Shown: positions 27,519 through 42,281, numbered from the stretch's first letter. The stretch: 49,691 nt of DNA from Tubiluchus corallicola (GCA_030141605.1 JAQGDQ010001286.1:1-49691), one strand, 5' to 3'. Numbers and translations are program-made. The notes: generated from the sequence alone by a model not told the origin.

Positions 27519-29679
27519 TACTATATATATAGGTGCTTCGAGATATTACGCGATTTCCTACCATATGTAACAATACAATTACATAACAAGGGTACGCGTG
27601 AACGGTTGACGCACTCAGTAACAAAGCGAGGCTCACAACATAGTGGTACTGTATTTTAATAGATGTTTTATTTTCCTGTGCGCACACAAATGAAGCAGTT
27701 TGTGAAAAATTGCAAATATCGTACGCGTTAAAAAGTCTGAAAATCGTTATCGCGCTATTAATTGTCCACTCTCTCCAAGTAGCATCTAAAATTTCCACAT
27801 TTAGACATAATTCAACGTACTTACGTAGAATCATTGATGGGATACTTCAAATATTATTGGCAATTGTAAATGTTACTGGTAGCTTAAGCTTCAAGCATTA
27901 AATCACAGGGAAAGTATACCATCGATATTTCAATTTCTGCGGTGTCATGGTGGCGTGCGCATAGCGGTGGCGTTAACTATTCACATGCATCTCTTTGCCG
28001 CTACCGCTGCCGTACCTTCTGCTGCTTTACTACCGCAGCTCGTGCTATTAATATTATCCTCTTTCTGTGCTTTTGTGACTAATACCACTATGATTACCTT
28101 CATACGCCATTATCACATTGTCACCTTGATAAAGCATTATCACCTTGATTAATCAGAAAACCTACCCGAATTAGGAGCGCTGTATTTTCATTAGCACTTT
28201 GACTCTTTTCCCTTTTTGCAAGGAAAGCACATTATGCGTTCGCACACCTGTAACGAATTTAACGACTAAAGTTTTGCAGGACGCAGTTTCTCGTTCACTC
28301 GACTCGTATGGCTTCATTAATGCTCACAATGTGCGTGCACTCGCACCTGCACAGTAGCTTTATTGTTCCTGCTTCCCACTGCAAGTGCATAAAGAGATGT
28401 TACTTGAAACCCAGGAAATTTAAAGTTTGTTCACAGCAAAAGTTACAGGTAAACTTCAAAAAAGTTCGTTTATGTAAAGTTATATTATTGTGTACCAGTC
28501 TTATCATATTTCATTACAGGTTTCACCTTAATAGACAAGAAACTTCCAAGGCAATGGCGAGTAAAAATAACCAAGCGGTCACGGTGTGTGCTTACTGCTT
28601 AGCATGCGGGCGCTAGGCAACATCGACGTTAGCCACGAATGGACAGGTGGCTGCGTCTAGCTTACAGTAAACCGAACTGAAAAGAAAAAACACGAGTCTA
28701 CGATATCAGCTCTTTTCAGAAACCTGGCGTGAACAGGAAGTTATTATGCTACTTATTTAAGCACATTGAACTGCGTATACAAAATAAAAAAGCATATAAG
28801 CAAGATACGTAATTATATCTGTGCAATAACGCGACTTCACCAACGTGCATCCTTTATTTACAAAACAACTCGCGAAATGCGTACGATGCCGATTTTTTAC
28901 TTGTTTCCATCAAGACACAATGAACGTCTATGATTTAACGAAAACAATTCGGTAATGCCCCTGCCACACTGAATGCCAGACTCGCCAGGGACTCAAGTAA
29001 ATAAAAACTATTTGATGATCGTGATTACGTCACCGAAGATTGTGGCAAATGCTAAAAAACTACCGTAAAATGATAAAAAATTACAATAATTTGATAATAC
29101 CAAATGATAAAAATTTGACGGAGACCTCAGGCCGCCGTGAGGTCCACCGACGATGTGAAAGGGCTTTTAGTTAATGAACGCTTTTAGCTATCTTGTTTCT
29201 CAAACTACATTATGAAAACCATTGCTTTAGGGCAGTCCTTTTCAGACAATATGTTACTTGAAACGGCTAATGCAACCCCTAATGAAAGATGTAAGAAGAG
29301 AGCCTGCAGACAGATACATTACTTATTTGTTACTAGATGTTACACCTTTTCTTAGCACCAGTAACAATACACCTTGGTCACACAACAAAAATCTCTTCTG
29401 ACTGGATACCCACGTAATATCCTATATATAGCTTATAGTTACTTCACAATATAAGAAACCTAACTACAGCTGCAAGGGATTCGAGCTTCAGACTTATTAA
29501 AACCATAAGAGTGAGAAACACTCACCGGATTACATACATCCTGAGTGCGTTGTTCTGAACCTTGCATAATCTTTAAATCTTGCGTAGACGTCGTGAACGT
29601 TTAATAATTGGGGCGACGGCGGTGGCAGTGACGATGGTGGTGGTGTTGGTATTGTTCGTGTTAGTGGCGATGGATGGTC

Positions 29680-30250
<571 letters not shown>

Positions 30251-30689
30251 GTTTAACAGTTTTACATTACTAGCAGATAGTGGGTGCACATGCAAGGTAC
30301 ATGTATATTCAATTATCTATACAGTGCTAGTTCATAAAAAACTGATTTTCTAATTCAGTTTTTAAATATTCCTCTTTGTTTCAGTTTATGTACTTATTCT
30401 TGACCGAGGGCCTTATTTTTAGCCCAAATTTCTAGGCACTCCACAATTGAATATGCTTTGCATGAGTCCGTACTCATCTGGATGTTGTTGTTGTGGTTGT
30501 GGTGGATCAGCGTAGATAATTAGATTATTTATCTGTTATTGAGCAATTGTCTTATTTTACAATGACACTGGAAATTTTGTCGACTTCTAGAAGTTTAAGT
30601 ACATGGCATATTAAGTAGACGACCGAGCCAGTAAACCATTGTTTCACACGAACAAACATGCGCCGTAAAAGGGGCAGCTCATTCTGCCC

Positions 30690-30820
30690 AAATACCATAT
30701 TAGGCGTTGTGTGTGCTTAGCGACCGAAGTTAAGCAATGCTGAATCTATTCAACTAATCGTACTGTCCCTGGCCGTTTCCTCTTTGAATGAGGATCTGGC
30801 ACTTAATGCTGGATCCCAGG
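30690..30820 (+). mobile_element. Possible 5S-rRNA-derived SINE remnant
   Basis: 'ccatat...accgaagttaagcaa' resembles the invertebrate 5S rRNA internal promoter region. It is not a full 5S gene. Confidence 0.3.
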
Positions 30821-31954
30821 TTACACTATAAAAATTGTTATTATTTTCATTTTCTGATTACAATATTTTATGTACAATTTCTGTATAACATCGTAGTGAC
30901 TCTGTTTCGCTGAGTTAACAATGCCCAGCCACAAATTATCAGTCCAAATACCATTTATTCCACGCACGTGCATTTCTCACATCACATTTATGCAAAATTA
31001 AACAAGCGAGCGTTGAAGCGCATGCGCAAAGATGACATGAAATCAGGTACAACTTGAATTAATAGGCTGCTGTCATGTCATGTTTGATTAGATTTCCTAA
31101 AAGTTTTTGTACAACAAAAAAAGCTTCGAAAAGATGTAAAAGCTAATCACATTGCCGTACTGTACATATACATTTATGTTCAAATTAGCCCATAAAAAAA
31201 CTTATGTAAATATACTCAGCTTTTCAAGTGCAAGTGAAGGTGAATTAATTCCTGAAAGCTTACAAAATCCTAAGATATACAGCTTCAATTGGTAATAAAA
31301 AACTATTTTTAGTTTATGCTTGTTGAGGTCTGGGATGAAAATTTGCTTAAAAATCGTATAGCATGACCGTAATGATGACGGTGGCGATGACGATAACGAC
31401 GACTACAAGAGTTGAGGATGATGATAACTGTTATTATTATACAAATTCAATGAGCCTCTGTTTGCAGGCAGAAGTGATTTTCACAATACTTAAACTTTAT
31501 GCAACATATATGAATGTATGAAATTTTATGAATGTATACAACAAAATATAGCGCTAAGAAAACTTAAAAGCAGTTCGACGATTAAAATTATATCACATAT
31601 AATTGTCGAGGTCAGAGATGAAAATTGTATGCGATATAATTTTAATACATTACGAATTACAGTTGTGAATGTTAATATTAGTTAGCAACGCTATGCAGTA
31701 AATTCATCGTTTAAAAAATTTACGAAGCTGTTCGCCAACAAATAATTTCAGTTCAGATAAATGTCATACATAGATCCAGTTGGAAGCTCGTCTAGTTGTG
31801 CTTTGCGTTTATTCTCCCGTACTTAACACATCTAAACAGCAAATGTTCTAAGGTTTGGTCTTCTTCTAAACAGTAGCACAAGGGATCATCAGTCATACGT
31901 AGTCTGTACAGGAATTCCTTAAACTTTACCCAGGCCTGTTAAGAACATCATTGC

Positions 31955-32338
31955 AATAAGCCTTCTCCCAGTTCCAGTGATTGATGATGATCGTGAAAAG
32001 GTCAAAAGTTAGTTGTACCGGACAACGCATTTGTGTAAAATTGACAACGCCTCGCAGCCCAAGCTATTGTAATAGGAACAGTTTTAACAGCAAGCTAAGA
32101 CCTTACCGAGTTCATTTTTCTCGTTTCGAAGCAAGATCCTGCCAATAAATCACTCTATGCATAGAAAAGTACATAATTAAGTAAAGTCTACGTAAAACAA
32201 CTAAAGGTACTGAACTGATGTTTTGCGTTACCCACGTGTCACGTGACGAATCTAGTTAAGACGCGTTGCTGTGGTACACTTAACCTTTGACCTACAGCAA
32301 TTGCGCGTGCGCACGACAAAACTATGAAACGGCTTATT
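31955..32338 (-). mobile_element. MITE family F copy
   Basis: TIRs AATAAGCCTTCTCCCAGTT / AACTATGAAACGGCTTATT; inverted homolog of 42989-43346. Confidence 0.8.
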
Positions 32339-32787
32339 GTTTCAGTGCGCCTTCCAAATTTACCTAGCGGCACATTTATGGGCGTGCAGTGAATACATTG
32401 CGTTACTGCTGTTGGATCTCCTTGCAGCAATAACACAAAATATTCATTGCACACCCACAAATTTCTCACTACAACAGTGACGACAATAACAAATGAAATG
32501 AGAATATTGAATATTATGACGACGACGGCTTCAACAATGGCTTAAACTTACGGTTGCTGCGGCTGCTGTTGGTGACGACGATAATGACAATGATGGCGGC
32601 AGAACAATAATACAGTCTGCATTGTATAGTTGTTTCCACAGGTGCTGGAGTAGATGTGAAATGATACTGTTAGTCACGGTTCAACATGAGCTACTGTGAA
32701 GTTCTGAGTCCACCACCAGATGGCTCTTCATTATAGCCTAGTTGACTAGTTTAGTCAAATTCTAGGTTTTAGAAACTTAACTTATTT

Positions 32788-33737
32788 TTGAGTAATTCCC
32801 CAAAATTTTGTAACGCGTAGACCAAAATGTTTTGACTAAACATATGAGAAGTTTTGAGTCTTTCATACAAATAAAGTTTAAATATCGAAATCAATAAGAA
32901 AACGTTTAGGTTTGTTTCCTGCAACCGTGCCGTGTTCTTCCAGTAAGAAATTCTTTGCACAACTCTAGTCACAGCAGATGATGCAAATGTTTCAAAAATC
33001 AATTGATGCGTTTAAGTCTCGATAAATGGCTATTGTACAATACAGGTAGCTATGAATGCGTCTCTTCACACATTCCTGCCCTTTTATAATAACATTTTTT
33101 ATATATATTTTGATGAATAAGTAATTAATAAATAATTTTTTTTATTATTATTATTATCACATTCAGTACAATATAATGACATTAAGCACACAGTGACATC
33201 AAAATTATTACATCATGCTGTATTAAATTGTTATGTTTCATACACTATCGTTATCATAAAAGAATAATTGTACTGCAGTGGGCTAGAGAAGCAAAGGCTT
33301 GTATAAGCCCAGTGTCATGTGAACCCGATAAAAAAAGAATGGATGAGTGAACAAAAAAAAGAACTGGGAGAAAGGTTAGATCACACACGAAGGGTAGAAG
33401 GGTGTGTTAGTGGAAATGGTAGGAAGAAAGATAATAGATTGCGCTATGTTGACATCAGCTCTAAAGATTTATCAATGATGCATAGACCGAGTCCGCAATC
33501 TCAACGCTCATGAAATTGGAGTGTCTATTTATATGTCTATTCTAGTGGTTCGGTGTCTGTATAGACCAAATTCTCTGTAGCCCTTATTTTTTAATCATTA
33601 AGTAATTATCTGATTATTGATTGCTCTACTTTCTTAACCATAACCTGCAGTTGATTGGCAACGTCATTACGAATCTCCTGTTCAGTACGTTCAATGATCA
33701 CAGGCCGTTTGTGTATGCGCTGCTGTCTCGGTAACGT
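32788..33737 (-). repeat. Inverted copy of 16765-17360, interrupted by an insertion (~33100-33480) that looks like a LINE 3' end
   Basis: Reverse-complement matches include YALQNFGELL in both ORF-track entries and 'cataacctgcagttgattggcaacgtcattac'. The insert has a stem-loop gggct...agccc and a (TAT)n tail. Confidence 0.65.
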
Positions 33738-34543
33738 ATAGGCGCAACGCAGCACAAATTGCTTTTGGTTAGTTGAATCCTTGAGTATTAATTATGATGA
33801 ACCATAATGATGAGTTATAATATTCAAACTATCAAACAAGAGTCACACAGTTAGCGGTACATTTACCACCTGGCTAACTAGGTTGCAGCCTAGAACGACA
33901 AATTTTAAGAGGGGTCAGATTTCCAGATTTAGGGGCGCAGTGTCAAAAAATTCTTATTATCCTCGGAAAAATTCGCATCTTTTCAAATTCATATAAAGCG
34001 CGTATTTTATAACACACCTCAAGCAGTTACTTAAACCACTTTTATATAAGCATATAAGCGCCGTATAACAAACAAGTACATATGAGCGTTTTTATATAAG
34101 AGCAATTTAACAAAGAATTGTTGAGGTAGTGCACTACAAGCAGTTGTGCAGCGCGCTTAGATATAAGCTTATACACATTTACAGGCATGATAAAATACAT
34201 GAAAATGTTGTATGTATAACCAGTCAACGACTGTTGTAGGCAGTGGTGTTAAACTAAAAAAACTTTTACGAAAGTTATTTTTTAAAAAGTGAATAAAAGA
34301 GATATTCATAGCACAAAACATTAAAAAATGACTTTTAATATATGTATTTTTACAATGCGCCTTATTTTCATTTCGATTATTAAATAAAACTTTCTTTATA
34401 CTGTTGGTAGATATATAGATATAATCATCATTTGAAGCAATTTTATCATTTCTGTAAGCGGACCTTTCAATTTCTTTTTGAGATTTCTTAATTCGTCGAA
34501 CATATTATTTCTTGACGTGGTGAATTCCAGATATTAATTGCTG

Positions 34544-35397
34544 GTGTCGAGAACTGCACCATTATGGCATATCTCGAGTTAAAGTGTTTTTTGGATCTGC
34601 CCTTGCAAACTGGCTCTTGAATGTTAACGTAGTGCTAAATTTGCATCGTAATCATTTACCCATGTCATTCAAGTCTAAGTATAGCTGGAATCTTATATAG
34701 TCTTAGTATAGTCTTAGTATAGCTAAGTACTGGCCATGTAATTAGTTGAATTAGGCTTCTTTCATAGATCTACATATAGAAATTTTTCTGTGCCAAAGAC
34801 CTAGCTAGCTAGGAATCACATAGCGCTGACAATCGCTATGTTGCTTCCCTGATCATTATCGAGGATGACAATCGGCACAGTATAATACGTATGTTTAAAG
34901 TCTTTCTGTATTACATTTAATGTAATCATTTCGTAATTTAGTCATATTGTAATTTATTTTCTCTTTACTAAAACGTAGGACTAGGTCTCTTATAATAGAC
35001 CAGTAAACCTTTATTACTAAACATGTACTAATTACTCTTGTTTCATCGTCATTGTAAATATCATCATTGTAAAAATGTAATATTCATCAATATTAATGCG
35101 AATGTTTTAATTACTTGTTCTTATCTTCGATACAAAAGTAAAAGTGCATACATTTAGAAAATTGCTACAAATTAAACTCAATTCAGTATTTGTTTGCGTC
35201 GAAATGCGAAAGTAATTGAATTCGAGGCATCAGTTGCATAAGTTTTGCTCTCTTGCTTATTTCTACAAAATTTATACTTTTTTACATAAAGTTAAAAAGT
35301 CAAAAACATTGAATTAAATCGTTAAAATCAGATAAAACATTCTCGAAGAATAAAAATCAACCATTCATCGTAACAAAATCAAGCGTTTTCGACAGCT
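34544..35397 (+). mobile_element. Non-autonomous TIR element, short copy (~0.85 kb)
   Basis: GTGTCGAGAAC ... GTTTTCGACAGCT. It is colinear with 9094-10582 but lacks ~630 bp of internal sequence. Confidence 0.7.
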
Positions 35398-35438
35398 GTT
35401 TTAGCTTATTGAGTTTAATTGAGTTATAAGCGTGTTTA

Positions 35439-36800
35439 GTGTTTGTTTGAATTTGCTTTAAATGTTAAGAGTTCATTTGGTTAAAGTGTTTGTTTGAATT
35501 TGCTTTAAATGTTAAGAGTTCATTTGGTTAAAGTGTTTGTTTGAATTTGCTTTAAATGTTAAGAGTTCTCTTCGTTAAAGTGTTTGTTTGAACTTGCTTT
35601 AAATGTTAAGAGTTTTCTTGGTTTCAGTGTTTGTTTGAATTTGCTTTAAATGTTAAGAGTTCTCTTGGTTAAAGTGTTTGTTTGAATTTGCTTTAAACGT
35701 TAAGAGTTCTCTTGGTTTAAGTGTTTGTTTGAATTTGCTTTAAATGTTAAGAGTTCTCTTGGTTAAAGTGTTTGTTTGAATTTGCTTTAAATGTTAAGAG
35801 TTCTCTTGGTTTAAGTGTTTGTTTGAATTTGCTTTAAATGTTAAGAGTTCTCTTGGTTAAAGTGTTTGTTTGAATTTGCTTTAAATGTTAAGAGTTCTCT
35901 TGGTTTAAGTGTTTGTTTGAATTTGCTTTAAATGTTAAGAGTTCTCTTCGTTAAAGTGTTTGTTTGAACTTGCTTTAAATGTTAAGAGTTTTCTTGGTTT
36001 CAGTGTTTGTTTGAATTTGCTTTAAATGTTAAGAGTTCTCTTGGTTAAAGTGTTTGTTTGAATTTGCTTTAAACGTTAAGAGTTCTCTTGGTTTCAGTGT
36101 TTGTTTGAATTTGCTTTATATGTTAAGAGTTTTCTTGGTTTCAGTGTTTGTTTGAATTTGCTTTAAATGTTAAGAGTTCTCTTGGTTAAAGTGTTTGTTT
36201 GAATTTGCTTTAAACGTTAAGAGTTCTCTTGGTTTCAGTGTTTGTTTGAATTTGCTTTATATGTTAAGAGTTTTCTTGGTTTCAGTGTTTGTTTGAATTT
36301 GCTTTAAATGTTAAGAGTTCTCTTGGTTAAAGTGTTTGTTTGAATTTGCTTTAAACGTTAAGAGTTCTCTTGGTTAAAGTGTTTGTTTGAATTTGCTTTA
36401 AATGTTAAGAGTTTTCTTGGTTTAAGTGTTTGTTTGAATTTGCTTTAAATGTTAAGAGTTCTCTTGGTTTAAGTGTTTGTTTGAATTTGCTTTAAATGTT
36501 AAGAGTTCTCTTGGTTAAAGTGTTTGTTTGAATTTGCTTTAAATGTTAAGAGTTTTCTTGGTTTAAGTGTTTGTTTGAATTTGCTTTAAATGTTAAAAGT
36601 TCTCTTGGTTAAAGTGTTTGTTTGAATTTGCTTTAAATGTTAAGAGTTTTCTTGGTTTAAGTGTTTGTTTGAATTTGCTTTAAATGTTAAGAGTTTTCTT
36701 GGTTTAAGTGTTTGTTTGAATTTGCTTTAAATGTTAAGAGTTCTCTTGGTTAAAGTGTTTGTTTGAATTTGCTTTAAATGTTAAAGAGTTTCTTGGTTTA
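35439..36800. repeat. 47-bp minisatellite, ~29 copies
   Basis: Unit GTGTTTGTTTGAATTTGCTTTAAATGTTAAGAGTTCTCTTGGTTAAA; the first units start at 35439 and 35486. Confidence 0.97.
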
Positions 36801-39421
36801 ACTGTTTATCTTTAATAAAAGATAATATGTAATATTATTAAATATCTATATTATGTAATATGTAATTATATCCAAATAGTTTGCTGATATTATGTGAACC
36901 GATGCAAAGATTTGCTATAATGATGTTCAAACAGTCAAATTATTCTTCAATCATCATTATCTCCATGCACAGACGAATGCCATCATTAAGCACGTTGAAT
37001 GACTTCAACCTGTCACTCAATTTGACGCAAATAGAAAAGTCAGCGTTAATTATCGTAAAGACTAACAAGCTCTAGATCTTGTGTCAGGCAGTGTCACACT
37101 AACCCGCCGTGCCTTTTTTACCACAAAAACACCGGTGGTGGCAGTTTAACTTGGAAAATTTGTCACGTTCGACGACTTATTATTCTAACCACCCACGAAA
37201 TTTTCTCAGTAATGTTCTCATTATTTAGCTGTAATTTTCTTTCTTGGAAATTGAGCTTTACAACTTCTTGCAAGCACGTAATTACAGTAATGAAAAACCT
37301 AGCTCTATTTTTACCAGTAAAATAACTCTGCACGTATCTTTCTCCTAGATTACCAACAGTTCTGACGAAATTGTTTTGTATTTCTCTGTGTAATGTAAGT
37401 TTTGTAAATAGTTTTGTAATATCGTTTCATCGTGCACCAAGTGTACCTTGTGTGTTATCATGTGTATCTGAAATGTAATTTATTGATGCAATTTTGTAAT
37501 ATCATTGTACAGTACTGGACAATATATATACATACGTACAGTACAGTTATATACAGTACAATTATATTACGTACAGTATATTAACATGTACCGCACGACA
37601 CTATTGCTTTTTGTGGGTTTTTTAAACACGTTATATGCAAAATTTTAATATAAACGGAATTTTCATTTTACGTTTACATTTTGTACGACTTTTAGTAATA
37701 AAGAATAAATAATAATAGATTCCTCATTCTGCGCATGTAGTTTCTCAATTCGATATTCTCTTGGGATGCTTATTATTTTCTTATTTTCTTCCTATTGATG
37801 GCGCCACCTGCATCTGTTAATGCTGCGTCAACGTGTTTGGAACGCCTCTGTCGCCAACTACAATAATTATTGCTGAATTGTCTAAAAAGATATGTCAAAT
37901 AAATATAAAATAAGAAACACATTGGTATGAATGTTAAATTATTTTTTATTTATAAAAACAATTATTTTTGTAAACTTAAGATCAAAAATCAAGATTATTT
38001 CGTTGCCAGATAACTATAGTGAATAGTATTGATTTTTTTCTTCTGACATAAACGAGCTCTGTTGACGTCAATCAGCACGAAACTGCACGAAAACAATACT
38101 AGATTAAAGTCTGAAAAAGTTATCCATTTCCTCTGGCACAGAATCTCAATGTTCGTGTCAAAAACGAACTCATTTTTTACTTGCTCTCGAGTAGTTCGTC
38201 TCCTGCTGAATATCCCCCGGGCTCCAAATGAGGAAATGTCAGCAGGTATAGGTTCAACAACACTTTTAACCATTACAGGTTTTCTAAACGAAGTTGGATA
38301 CAATTCTTTACTCGCAGTCGTGGTTATGAATTCAACTTCTTTCCACCAGGATTAGTTACACGAAGTTTTTTATTTTAACCCGATCGTTTCCTTATTTAAC
38401 ACACGATGAAACCATCAGAAGAAGTATTAACGGTAAGTATTAATAAGAAATTCATAACACTAATGTAATAATTATAATCTATGGCAAAACGGAAATCTTA
38501 CTAGCATAGCACGGAATACAATTTGCAACTGAAATTTTTTTTAATGTTATAATTAGTCATAAGACTATACGTAATAGATTTGCAAAAAATCCAAAAATTA
38601 AACCAAAAGAGCGGTACTCATCATTTACAAAAATTGAATCATTGAAAATTTGCAGAACAAAACGGCAACTGTGATGGATTTTCGCACTAGGCTGAGATAT
38701 TTCACTACCATACAAATTTACGAAATACTAAAATTCAGTGAGTGTTTAAGATGATACGCGTTCTTAATTTGTACATTGTGACCCAAACTACAGCGTCTAC
38801 GTCAGCAAAATGGGGACAATGGGTGCGCTACCATTAACATTCGAAGTTACTGCTGTAGTTTGAATTTAGTGAAGTTTTCTTGCGATGCACCTGATGCACA
38901 AACAGTAGTTACTTTGTACTAGTCTTGTGACGCAGGCTTACTTCCTCAAGCTAAACCTCAGTCTGCTGAAAGTACTGAAAGCTGGAATCCATTATTTACT
39001 AGGAACCAAGTCACGGAAATTTGCTGCTGAGCTTTAAAACAGCACCAAAGCAAACTGATAACTTCACACTCTTGCGCGCACACATAACAAAAGATTAGTT
39101 TCGGTAGATATTTACGACTGTAGATCGTTCGATAAGCATTACTTGCCAAGTTTAAGAGGCCAATTCACCCGAATGTGACCTGTAATCAAATACTGTTGTA
39201 ACACTTATTCTTGAAACTAATCATAACACAGTTTTGCTATGGGTGAATTATGATATCTATTTAAAGGAGTTGGGCTTTGAAGTATGAAAATGAATTTCCA
39301 ATTATAGGCATAAGGTAACAGCTCAAAACGTTTGGCAAGTCTACCGAACTACCGTGCTACTAAACACAGAAGGTGTGAAGTTTGGAGATACAGTGTAATT
39401 GAAGTTCAGTGTTTCTGAACA

Positions 39422-39491
39422 ATGATGGATCAGTATATGCTTAAACTTTTTACAGTTTATCTGTTCATTCTGGTTTATAGCGATTTCACAG
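39422..39491 (+). CDS. TTLL4: Putative first coding exon of the TTLL4-like gene, encoding a signal peptide
   Basis: ATG with an in-frame TGA two codons upstream. It encodes MMDQYMLKLFTVYLFILVYSDFT. The donor CAG|GTATGT is phase 1 and matches the phase-1 acceptor at 41305. The link is inferred. Confidence 0.5.
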
Positions 39492-40441
39492 GTATGTTGA
39501 CATTTTGTCGTACCATAATTATGTTATCATAGTGCAAGGTGTGCGCTTTAAAAACTTTTTATAAGGTCTATAAACCTTCTATTATAATGATCATAAGCTA
39601 ACGAACTATACTTGTAGGCCAACTCAGTGTTGTCTGCGTCTCTGGGCTTAAAGTCGTACAGTAGACTAAGCTTAAATGTTCAGTGCAATGTACTTTTTCA
39701 ACGACCGACTTCACTGGGAACAGTCAGCTGTGGAAAATACTACAAAATGAAAAAACGATTTTCTTATACATAAGTAAAATTCTATAAAAGAGCTTTATAG
39801 TTTTGTTGCTGATGTTGTTTATTAATTCACTGTTAGTCCATTATTAATCTATTAATCCTACTTGCGCAATTCTGGTGATTATCCATTGAGTTTTATCCAA
39901 TAATACGATACAATGTATAAGCACATGTAGGCCATAACTATGATATAGATATAACACTTTATGATATAACTGCATAACAAGCATTAATTATAACGGTGAT
40001 ATCGGTGGTCAGTGCTGGCCGGCTCGCTGAAGAAGCTGGACAAACTGCTGAACTCGTTTTTCCTTTACTGAACACTTTACACAACAATGACTTCTCAGGT
40101 GACTTGTTGAAAACTCATTAAATTACACCATAAATGAAACGTTCTACTTAATGAATGTTCTTGATGTTTTTAATAAATTTTAGTATTCTTAATGATTTTA
40201 ATAAATTTTGAATTAAAACGTATTACGTTTACACAATCTAGCAGGAAATCTGATTGTGCAGGCAGTCCAATTGTGCAAAAATTTGTCATATTACGTTCAG
40301 AGTATGTTTTTACAGCGATTCTCATACTAATAAACGATAATATCTTAACGAAAATTGCAATAAGAAGCCAAATACTCCTAGAGTTAGCTCTCCTTGAAAC
40401 ATTAACGTTTGTCTGACATTCGTTAGACTTGTTTTTATATA

Positions 40442-40475
<34 letters not shown>

Positions 40476-40839
40476 TCAAGAAAATTACTCAAAACACTTC
40501 TCGGTTAGTTCATTAACCATCCATGTTTGGTAAATACAAATTTTTGTATTTCAAGTAGAAACTAAAGTTTGCTACCTAACGACTTACATAGTAAAATAAT
40601 GATAAAAAGAAATTCATATTAAAAGTAAGGTGAGTCGTTGGGTATCAAACTTGTTGTTGGCATAGGAAGGTCGTATTATAAATTTAAATTATAAATTACC
40701 ACTATAAATTTAGAGCATCTGTGACCTTGCGAACAGCTACACAAATTTCGTACATGTACGCCATGCATTGAGTGTGGAAATGTTCAGTACTTCAAACATT
40801 AGGTATACTATATAATCCCTTCTACTCATAAGCTGGTAG

Positions 40840-41267
40840 CAGGGGCGTATCAACACTTTACGACACCCTAGGCTGATAGTTCTGTCCCGCCCATCTTTAT
40901 TGTGAATTTATGATTGTATATGTAATGAGCAGATTAAACAATTACTTGTGGTGTGTTAGAAATACTATTAACCTAGTTTCTACATGGTCATTATTAACTA
41001 CATGTGTTTACATTCATAGCGCTTATACTCAAGTAGGCTGCGCAACTACTTGTTCTGTAATACCTTGCACCCATATGTGGTACTTATATAGAAGCTAAAC
41101 CAAGTAACTGCCTGTGGTGTGTTATAAAATGAGCCCTTTACGGGAATATAAAAGTATACACTTTTCCGAGGCGAATAAGAATTTTTTCTAAAATGTGACG
41201 CTCCTCAAACTTTGGCTCCCTAGGCTATAGTTAATCTATAGTTAGCCTATTAGTTAATACGCCACTG
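40840..41267. mobile_element. hAT (Tip100-like) MITE, 428 bp
   Basis: TIRs CAGGGGCGTAT / ATACGCCACTG and a perfect 8-bp TSD GCTGGTAG (40832-40839 and 41268-41275). Confidence 0.9.
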
Positions 41268-41304
41268 GCTGGTAGAAAAAAAGAAAAACATGGCTTCTTT
41301 TTAG

Positions 41305-41565
41305 ATACATACACGTTGGATGCAGTCCAGATTCATGTGACCTCTTCAAAGCAAAATACTAGCAAACCTGATGCATGCCCTCGGAGGATACCAGCGCTAA
41401 TACCAAGTTTATTCTCTAATATTTCACCTGTACTCAACTTTGCTGTACCTGGACAGATTATTGAAGAATTGCCAAGCAGAGTGAAAAAGGTACAAAAATG
41501 GAGAGTGCATCCCAGAAGGAAACCAGTGTTGGCGGTTGTTTTGCATTCAAAGTTTAATTTAGCAG
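41305..41565 (+). CDS. TTLL4: TTLL4-like exon
   Basis: ttttag|AT ... GCAG|gtagg. PALIPSLFSNISPVLNF...EELP...KW parallels TTLL4 PALIYSLFPNVPPTIYF...EKLP...RW. Confidence 0.85.
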
Positions 41566-41629
41566 GTAGGCTTGTTCGTTAAGTATTGCCTCAACGTAGC
41601 ACTGCGAGTTTAAATTTTATAGAGAGTCT

Positions 41630-41717
41630 CGGGGCAAAAAGAGAGGGAAAGCGAGAGAGGAAGGCAGCGAAAGAAAGAGAAAGGGAGAGAAAGAGAGAAA
41701 AAATGAGAGAGAGAGAG

Positions 41718-41767
<50 letters not shown>

Positions 41768-42130
41768 GGGGGAAGGAACCGTGAAAATGGAAAACAATGA
41801 AAGAGGGGGAAGGACTGGCAGAGAGGGGGGCAGAGAAAGACAGAGAGTAAGGGAAAGAGGGGGAATAGACAGAGAGAGAGAGAGAGGGGGGATAGACAGA
41901 GAGAAAGATTGAGGGGGTAAGGGGGAGGAAACCGTGAAAATGAAAGAGGAAGACAGGCAGAGAAGGGGCAGAGAAAGAGAGAGTGAGAAAGGGGAACAGA
42001 GAAAGAGAAAGAGGGAGAGGGGGAAACCGGGAAAAGAAAGAAAGAAAGAGGGTGTGAAAGGGAAGAGAGCAGAGATAGCGAATGCGGGTGGGCAGATGGG
42101 TGGCTTGTTGGTTGGGGGTGGGAGAGAGAG
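41630..42130. repeat. Purine-rich (GA)n low-complexity tract (intronic)
   Basis: Directly visible. It explains the ER-rich and SL-rich ORFs. Confidence 0.9.
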
Positions 42131-42204
42131 AAATCAACGAATTAACTGCTATTTACACAATCCTCTCCAGTTATTTCCAATTTACTTTTTTTCATTTTTT
42201 TCAG

Positions 42205-42281
42205 AGGATGATCAGTGGGTTGGTTGCTGGTGTTTATTCATGAAGCTACCTGAATATGAAATGCTAAAGGATCATCAAAAA
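42205..42281 (+). CDS. TTLL4: TTLL4-like exon
   Basis: tttcag|AG ... AAA|gtaagt. EDDQWVGCWCLFMKLPEYEMLKDHQK parallels DDWLGCWGHHMK...EHQK. Confidence 0.9.

Noticed and set aside
35439-36800. CRISPR-like regular array
   Set aside because: Units are contiguous with no unique spacers, there are no cas genes, and the context is eukaryotic.
37995-38355. Overlapping ~100-aa ORFs on both strands
   Set aside because: No recognisable motif and no consistent splice sites.
38406-38432. ATG-MKPSEEVLT|gtaagt as the first coding exon of the TTLL gene
   Set aside because: Its phase-0 donor does not fit the phase-1 acceptor at 41305. It could be a 5' UTR exon or uORF, but there is no support.
40010-40100. 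GC-richer stretch as an extra TTLL exon
   Set aside because: The phase-1 frame from the nearest AG hits a stop, and there is no polypyrimidine tract.
41586-42204. ER-rich ORFs as part of the TTLL protein
   Set aside because: They lie between a good donor (41566) and acceptor (42204), and TTLL4 similarity is continuous without them.
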